Shown here in pieces: positions 1-3,885 of a stretch of DNA of 3,885 nucleotides. A program made the translations under genes and the position numbers. How positions within the stretch are numbered: position 1 is the first letter of the stretch; the number at the start of each line of letters is the position of its first letter. The DNA lies in contig DAIDHG010000072.1 in the NCBI GenBank assembly GCA_027452085.1, positions 1-3,885 on the forward strand, written 5' to 3'. The notes beneath the pieces were generated by a model. The model did no database searches. It was not told the DNA's origin and saw nothing but the letters and a program-made list of their open reading frames with translations. Source of the DNA: a bacterium. Lineage in GTDB: Bacteria; Babelota; Babeliae; Babelales; JABCYS01.

Positions 1-97
1 TAAGTCGAATAACGTAGTCGCCAGCCTCCTTAAACTCAAGCACGACTGTTTTTTTCTCACCTGCGCGGGCAGCATAGATTAAATTATTATTATCCAA
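1..97 (-). CDS. Partial CDS (5' end only) coupled to sufB; probably the next suf operon gene, possibly SufD-like
   Basis: A TTG at 97-95 overlaps the last 8 nt of sufB and is preceded by GGAGG (108-104) at 6-nt spacing. The frame is open to the window edge: MDNNNLIYAARAGEKKTVVLEFKEAGDYVIRL. The alternating hydrophobic pattern (TVVLEF, YVIRL) fits beta strands. It does not resemble a SufC ABC-ATPase N-terminus. The product is inferred from context only. Confidence 0.5.
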   Translation of the reverse strand, partial: MDNNNLIYAARAGEKKTVVLEFKEAGDYVIRL

Positions 98-1457
98 GTG
101 ATCCCTCCATCTGCATCGCAATCAACCGGTTAATCTCCACTGCATATTCCATAGGCAGTTCACGCACAAATGGCTCAATAAACCCATTCACCACCATCGC
201 CTGAGCCTGTTGAGCCGTAAATCCACGGGCGGTTAAATAAAAAAGCTGCGCTTCATCAATAGCATTTACCGAGGCTTCATGGCCAATATCCGTATCGGAT
301 TGAGCCACCTGGATGGTCGGATAGGTATCTGAGCGAGAATGCTCATCAAACATTAATGCATCGCATCGCACCCGGGAAATAACATTGTGTGCCCCTTTTA
401 TTACCTTGAGCAGGCCACGATAACTCGTGCGGCCTCCATTCATGCTCATCGATTTTGAAATAATATTTGAGGTGGTGTAGGGTGCCAGATGGATAACCTT
501 TGCGCCAGCGTCTTGATGTTGGCCGGCGTTAGCGCAGGCAATCGATATGATTTCCGCCTTTGCGCCTGGCTCTTTCAAAATAACTGCCGGATATTTCATG
601 GTCACTTTGCTGCCAAAGTTGCCATCAACCCATGCCACTTGTGCGTTGCGAAACGCCAAAGCTCGTTTCGTGACTAAATTGTACACGTTATTGGACCAGT
701 TTTGGATGGTGGTATAGCGGATATAGGATCCGGGTAGTGCCACCAGCTCTACCACCGCGCTGTGTAATGAAGCTGAAGAATGCAGGGGGGCTGAGCAACC
801 CTCGACGTAATGCACTGAAGATCCTTCGTCGGCAATAATAAGAGTGCGTTCAAATTGCCCCATACGCTGGGCATTAATTCTAAAATAGGCCTGTAGCGGC
901 ATATCCACCTGAACACCGGGCGGAATGTACACAAAAGAACCACCAGACCATACGGCACTGTTTAGCGCCGCGAATTTATTATCATCCGGTGGTATAACAG
1001 TGGCAAAATATTTCTTGAAAAGTTCCGGATACTGGGCCAACCCTTGATCAGTATCAACAAATATGACCCCTTTGGCCACCCATTCTTCTTTTAACCGCTT
1101 ATAAATAATCTCAGACTCATATTGCGCCCCCACGCCGGCTAAATAACGCTGTTCAGCCTGTGGAATCCCCAATTGATCAAAGGTAGTTTTTATATCAGTA
1201 GGCACATCGTCCCATGAGCGGGATGATTGCTGTATTGGTTTGAGGTAGTAACAAAGGTCTTGGATATTGAGATCTTTTAAATCGGCGCCCCATGAAGGCA
1301 TGGGGCTATGCTCAAATATTTCCAAGGCACGCAAACGAAATTCCAACATCCATGCTGGCTCATTTTTTTGCCTGCTAATTTCGATAACAATCTCTTGTGT
1401 AAGACCGTTTGGTATCTTGAAATAGGCTGACTCGGCATTATTGTTATGCTCTACCAT
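90..1457 (-). CDS. sufB: Fe-S cluster assembly scaffold protein SufB
   Basis: 455 aa with hallmark SufB motifs: EPAWMLEFRL, LAGVGAQYESE, NKFAALNSAVWSGGSFVY, PLQAYFRIN, GQFERTLII, HYVEGCSAP, LHSAVVE, YTTIQNWS, GSKVTMKYP, QHQDAGAK, CDALM, SDTYP, HEA and ELPMEYAVE..EGSLG. C221, C365 and E394 correspond to the essential E. coli SufB C254, C405 and E434, and the 29-residue C-to-E spacing is the same. Confidence 0.98.
   Translation of the reverse strand: MVEHNNNAESAYFKIPNGLTQEIVIEISRQKNEPAWMLEFRLRALEIFEHSPMPSWGADLKDLNIQDLCYYLKPIQQSSRSWDDVPTDIKTTFDQLGIPQAEQRYLAGVGAQYESEIIYKRLKEEWVAKGVIFVDTDQGLAQYPELFKKYFATVIPPDDNKFAALNSAVWSGGSFVYIPPGVQVDMPLQAYFRINAQRMGQFERTLIIADEGSSVHYVEGCSAPLHSSASLHSAVVELVALPGSYIRYTTIQNWSNNVYNLVTKRALAFRNAQVAWVDGNFGSKVTMKYPAVILKEPGAKAEIISIACANAGQHQDAGAKVIHLAPYTTSNIISKSMSMNGGRTSYRGLLKVIKGAHNVISRVRCDALMFDEHSRSDTYPTIQVAQSDTDIGHEASVNAIDEAQLFYLTARGFTAQQAQAMVVNGFIEPFVRELPMEYAVEINRLIAMQMEGSLG
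104..108 (-). promoter_or_regulatory. Shine-Dalgarno (GGAGG) for the gene downstream of sufB
   Basis: The minus strand reads ATGGAGGGATCACTTGGAT, with GGAGG 6 nt before the TTG at 97. It is embedded in the sufB M-E-G codons. Confidence 0.5.
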
Positions 1458-1463
1458 ATTTTT

Positions 1464-1473
1464 GCACGCGTGC
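1464..1473. repeat. Perfect 10-bp palindrome GCACGCGTGC, 6 nt upstream of the sufB ATG
   Basis: Read directly from the sequence. Function unknown. Confidence 0.3.
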
Positions 1474-1511
1474 CCTGTTATTCAAGCCCATGAAACGGAA
1501 AAGAAGATTTC

Positions 1512-1524
1512 GGTATTGTATACC
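1512..1524 (-). promoter_or_regulatory. Candidate sigma70 -10 box (TACAAT, 1520-1515) for sufB, overlapped by the inverted repeat GGTAT-N3-ATACC
   Basis: TACAAT is a 5/6 match to TATAAT and lies in the 103-bp intergenic region, about 57 nt upstream of the ATG. No convincing -35 was found. Confidence 0.3.
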
Positions 1525-1560
1525 AAGCGCAGACTATTAAAAGGTTAATTACGGTAGCTG

Positions 1561-3726
1561 CTATTGCCGGCAAGAATGTAACCGCTGCAGCGCTTGGTCA
1601 GCACGATCGTTGAACTCTTTTTGTTCTTGCGCTTGTACGAGCGCACTGCTCATCGGCATCTGCTCTGGGCAAAGCAATGCTTTTACCTTATGGTGAGGAG
1701 TTTCTTTATTGAGCCAACAATATAACTTCAATAAAGCTGCCGAACGATGGGCATCGTCAGCGCGATGAGTTTTCAATAATTCCTCTGCCTCTTGTGCCAG
1801 TTCTTGAGCTTGAGCATCATTCAAACGAATAAAGTTTTTTTCACGAGACCTGAGCAGATTTTCATTTTCATACACCTCTGAACGCGAAGCAATATTTACA
1901 ATGCCAATCGCCTGTTGCGCAGGCAAAATCTTGTAGATAATACGGTAATCACCGATACGTTTTTTCCAAAGACCCGCAAAGCCGGCCAGCTCTTGTGCAT
2001 CAGTCTTTGTATAATTCTCGCTCAACTGTTCGATGACCGCCTTTATTCGTGATTGATATGCCTCAGGTGCAGCAGCAATAGTTTGATAAGGATCTATCAC
2101 CATATGGGGAGGCACAATAGATCCCGGGGTTGATCGACCAGTTTCATGTGCTGGCGACATACGATTTTCAGCTTCTGGCGTTCCCTGCCTTTCTTGCTCA
2201 ATCGCCTTAACTTTTTGTTTTGCTGCAAGAATAAATTCTTTAATCGCTGGATTTTTTTGTTCTTCAAGCAAACCAATAATAGCCTGCGCCTCCTGCAATC
2301 GAGCATCGGTTGGCTTCAGCTTAAATGCTTCCATTGCCTGTTCAAAACGAGCCATTAAACCATCTGACACAATCTTGTGATACTGCTCCTGCATCGATGT
2401 GATACGTTTGAGCAGTTCAACATCCGTAATGGTCTTCAATTTTAGGTCATCAAGTAGTGTTTGAACGGTTTTGAGATCATCTTCTCTCAACGCTGAATCA
2501 ATGGATGCAACTATATTTTGCGCTTGAGCATTATGTTGCACCAACAGCTCTTTTCTTTGCATTGAAGCCTCTTCAGCTTCTCTGGTCGCCACGATCTTTT
2601 GTTCAGCGATTTTCTTGGCCATGGCATCTTTTAATAACTTTATTAATCGCTTATTTGATCCAAACTTCTCCTGAGCCATACTTAATGCAGTTTCACCATA
2701 TATGCTGTGCATCAGCGGATTTGCGCCCTTCGTAAGCAAGAGCTCAACGATATCGGCGTAGCCACCAACAGATGCCATCATAAGCGGGGTATAATTTTCC
2801 TTTGAAATGGCATTAATGGTTGCTCCTTGATCAATTAAATAGGCTGCAACATCGTGACAACCGCTTTGTGCTGCCTCCATTAACGTCGTTTTGCCTTCAT
2901 AACTTATGGCATGAATATTCGCGCCTTTTTGCTGCAACTTTTTGATCAAATCAAGATCGCCATGATCAACTGCCGAAAACATCGGGGTAAAGCCTTCGTT
3001 GTCAGTTGTATTAACATCGGCATTTTTTTCTAATAACAAGCGTACTGCGTCTGATTTTTTGAAATCAATCGCTTGATGCAAAGCTGAATTACCCTTCTCG
3101 TCTTTTAGATTAACGTTAGCTTTATTGCGCAATAATAGCTCTACAAACTCTAGTGACCCACGTCTTATTGCACCCATCAATAAACTATTACCCCACTTAT
3201 CTTGAGCGTTTATGCTTGCCCCTTTTTTCATGTATTCAGCTAATTCTTTTGCTGTTAATGATCGATGAAAGGCTGTAAGAATCATCTGAAACTCAAGCTC
3301 AGAGCAAACTTTAAAGGCACTTCGCCTCTTTTGTATCTTTTTCTCTTCATCACGAAGCAATTTTACAATATTAGGGTAGCGACCAATTTTACTGAGAATT
3401 TGGGTAATGGTTTTACCATCATTTCGCTTCATTGTTGGATCAGCATGATGGGCCAGTAATTGTTGAACGAGCTCAAGATGTCCATTCTGGCTGGCTATCA
3501 TAAGCGCTGTTTCGCCAGTTCCATGATCGAGCTCATCAATATATAAACCCTGTTCCAAATACCAATGCAATTTATCGGCTAGTTTGCCCGTCGCGGCATC
3601 TTCCAACATAGGCTTAGCCAGACGAGTCTTTATTTGAATTTGTTCCGCCGATAAGCAGGTAGCATATATATGCGTATTGACGCCAACAAACAGGGGCAGA
3701 AATAAAAATAATAAATAGTAGAACAT
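1561..3726 (-). CDS. Putative exported ankyrin-repeat protein with an internal RelE/ParE-family toxin-like domain (candidate effector)
   Basis: 721-aa ORF from ATG 3726 (weak GGA 6 nt upstream, no in-frame start further upstream before a TGA) to TAG at 1563-1561. Layout: hydrophobic N-terminus, about 10 ankyrin-like repeats in two blocks, helical region aa ~367-512, linker aa 513-540, RelE-like motif LAG..GLWKKRIGDYRIIYKI...IVNIASRSEVY, helical tail. Confidence 0.92.
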   Translation of the reverse strand: MFYYLLFLFLPLFVGVNTHIYATCLSAEQIQIKTRLAKPMLEDAATGKLADKLHWYLEQGLYIDELDHGTGETALMIASQNGHLELVQQLLAHHADPTMKRNDGKTITQILSKIGRYPNIVKLLRDEEKKIQKRRSAFKVCSELEFQMILTAFHRSLTAKELAEYMKKGASINAQDKWGNSLLMGAIRRGSLEFVELLLRNKANVNLKDEKGNSALHQAIDFKKSDAVRLLLEKNADVNTTDNEGFTPMFSAVDHGDLDLIKKLQQKGANIHAISYEGKTTLMEAAQSGCHDVAAYLIDQGATINAISKENYTPLMMASVGGYADIVELLLTKGANPLMHSIYGETALSMAQEKFGSNKRLIKLLKDAMAKKIAEQKIVATREAEEASMQRKELLVQHNAQAQNIVASIDSALREDDLKTVQTLLDDLKLKTITDVELLKRITSMQEQYHKIVSDGLMARFEQAMEAFKLKPTDARLQEAQAIIGLLEEQKNPAIKEFILAAKQKVKAIEQERQGTPEAENRMSPAHETGRSTPGSIVPPHMVIDPYQTIAAAPEAYQSRIKAVIEQLSENYTKTDAQELAGFAGLWKKRIGDYRIIYKILPAQQAIGIVNIASRSEVYENENLLRSREKNFIRLNDAQAQELAQEAEELLKTHRADDAHRSAALLKLYCWLNKETPHHKVKALLCPEQMPMSSALVQAQEQKEFNDRADQALQRLHSCRQ
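1867..2106 (-). other. RelE/ParE-superfamily (RelE-like mRNA interferase) domain, aa ~541-620 of the ankyrin protein
   Basis: ELAGFAGLWKKRIGDYRIIYKILPAQQAIGIVNIASRSEVY matches the RelE/StbE family pattern KLxG..xYRxRVGDYRIIYxI......VxxIGHRxEVY. The preceding helix PEAYQSRIKAVIEQLSEN fits RelE alpha2. RSEVY is identical to E. coli RelE 83-87. Confidence 0.85.
2629..3291 (-). repeat. Ankyrin repeat block 2 (aa ~146-366): N-cap, 5 full repeats and C-cap
   Basis: Exact 33-aa periodicity: G179 NSLLMGA, G212 NSALHQA, G245 FTPMFSA, G278 KTTLMEAA, N311 YTPLMMAS, G344 ETALSMA. The five full repeats are each followed by variants of V.LLL..GA.VN. Confidence 0.95.
3352..3618 (-). repeat. Ankyrin repeat block 1 (aa ~37-125): degenerate N-cap, 1 canonical repeat and C-cap
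   Basis: Canonical repeat GETALMIASQNGHLELVQQLLAHHADP (G71), followed 33 aa later by G104 KTITQI...IVKLL. Confidence 0.85.
3661..3726 (-). other. Putative Sec signal peptide (or signal anchor), aa 1-22
   Basis: MFYYLLFLFLPLFVGVNTHIYA has a strongly hydrophobic core followed by a polar c-region ending I-Y-A, a plausible SPase I site. It lacks a basic n-region. Confidence 0.7.
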
Positions 3727-3867
3727 GTTTTTTCCAATGTTGTCGTTTGTAATTACTGTATCGTCAAAATCTGGCCATTTTTTATGAGCAACTGTGTATC
3801 GGGCCGAATTGCCTCAATAAGTCGCGTATTATGTGTAATTAATAAAGAAGAGAATTCAGGATCATTC

Positions 3868-3879
3868 TTCCTTAAGGAA
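3868..3879. repeat. Perfect 12-bp palindrome TTCCTTAAGGAA upstream of the ankyrin gene
   Basis: Read directly from the sequence. Function unknown. Confidence 0.3.
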
Positions 3880-3885
3880 TTAAGC

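Noticed and set aside
1..75. Alternative downstream ORF starting at ATG 75 (MLPAQVRKKQSCLSLRR...)
   Set aside because: It is also open to the window edge but has no SD and is less protein-like than the TTG-97 frame. It cannot be fully excluded.
489..958. ORFs 489..677 (+) and 749..958 (-)
   Set aside because: Both lie entirely within the highly conserved sufB and have no recognisable motifs, so they are shadow ORFs.
1526..1550. IscR type-1-like site around GACTATTAAAAGG
   Set aside because: Only one half resembles the motif and there is no dyad symmetry.
1561..1700. C-terminal CaaX prenylation motif or F-box/PRANC domain, common in ankyrin effectors
   Set aside because: The protein ends S-C-R-Q, with Cys third from the end rather than fourth, and no LPxE-type F-box motif is present.
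2097..2306. 69-aa alternate-frame ORF on the minus strand whose TGA overlaps a GTG at the start of the RelE domain (GTGA overlap), mimicking a nested relB-relE operon
   Set aside because: The peptide is extremely K/R-rich, whereas antitoxins usually have acidic toxin-binding regions, and it has no RHH, Phd or HTH pattern. There is no SD before its ATG or before M542/V543. It is best explained as a shadow frame of A/E/Q/K-rich codons. Ribosome profiling would settle it.
2146..3459. Plus-strand ORFs 2146..2358, 2505..2735 and 3265..3459
   Set aside because: They are antisense to the 721-aa CDS. Their F/L-rich composition is the expected mirror of K/E/Q codons, and nothing supports them as type I toxins or real genes.
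3655..3666. Cys24 as a lipoprotein lipidation site
   Set aside because: Y-A-T-C does not fit the lipobox [LVI][ASTVI][GAS]C.
3739..3767. TTGACG as a -35 box for the ankyrin gene
   Set aside because: The hexamer at 17-bp spacing is GACAAC, a poor -10, so a promoter cannot be supported.
3841..3870. Possible intrinsic terminator on the minus strand (AGAAT/ATTCT stem followed by TTTATT)
   Set aside because: The stem is short, AT-rich and bulged, so it is too weak to call.

Overview
All recognisable genes lie on the minus strand. In transcription order they are: (1) a 721-aa protein (3726->1561) made of a putative signal peptide, two ankyrin-repeat blocks, a helical stalk, a P/S/T-rich linker, a RelE/ParE-superfamily toxin-like domain (aa ~541-620) and a helical tail; (2) a complete sufB Fe-S cluster scaffold gene (1457->90); (3) the probable 5' end of a coupled downstream gene (TTG at 97, runs off the window), possibly sufD-like. 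The main observation is the apparently exported ankyrin-RelE fusion. It keeps equivalents of the RelE catalytic residues and has no visible antitoxin gene, so it is a candidate host-directed translation-inhibiting effector. The architecture suggests an intracellular bacterium of eukaryotes such as Candidatus Dependentiae/Babelota, but that is inference only. No RNA genes, CRISPR arrays or mobile elements were seen. All domain calls are by-eye motif recognition, with no searches run.
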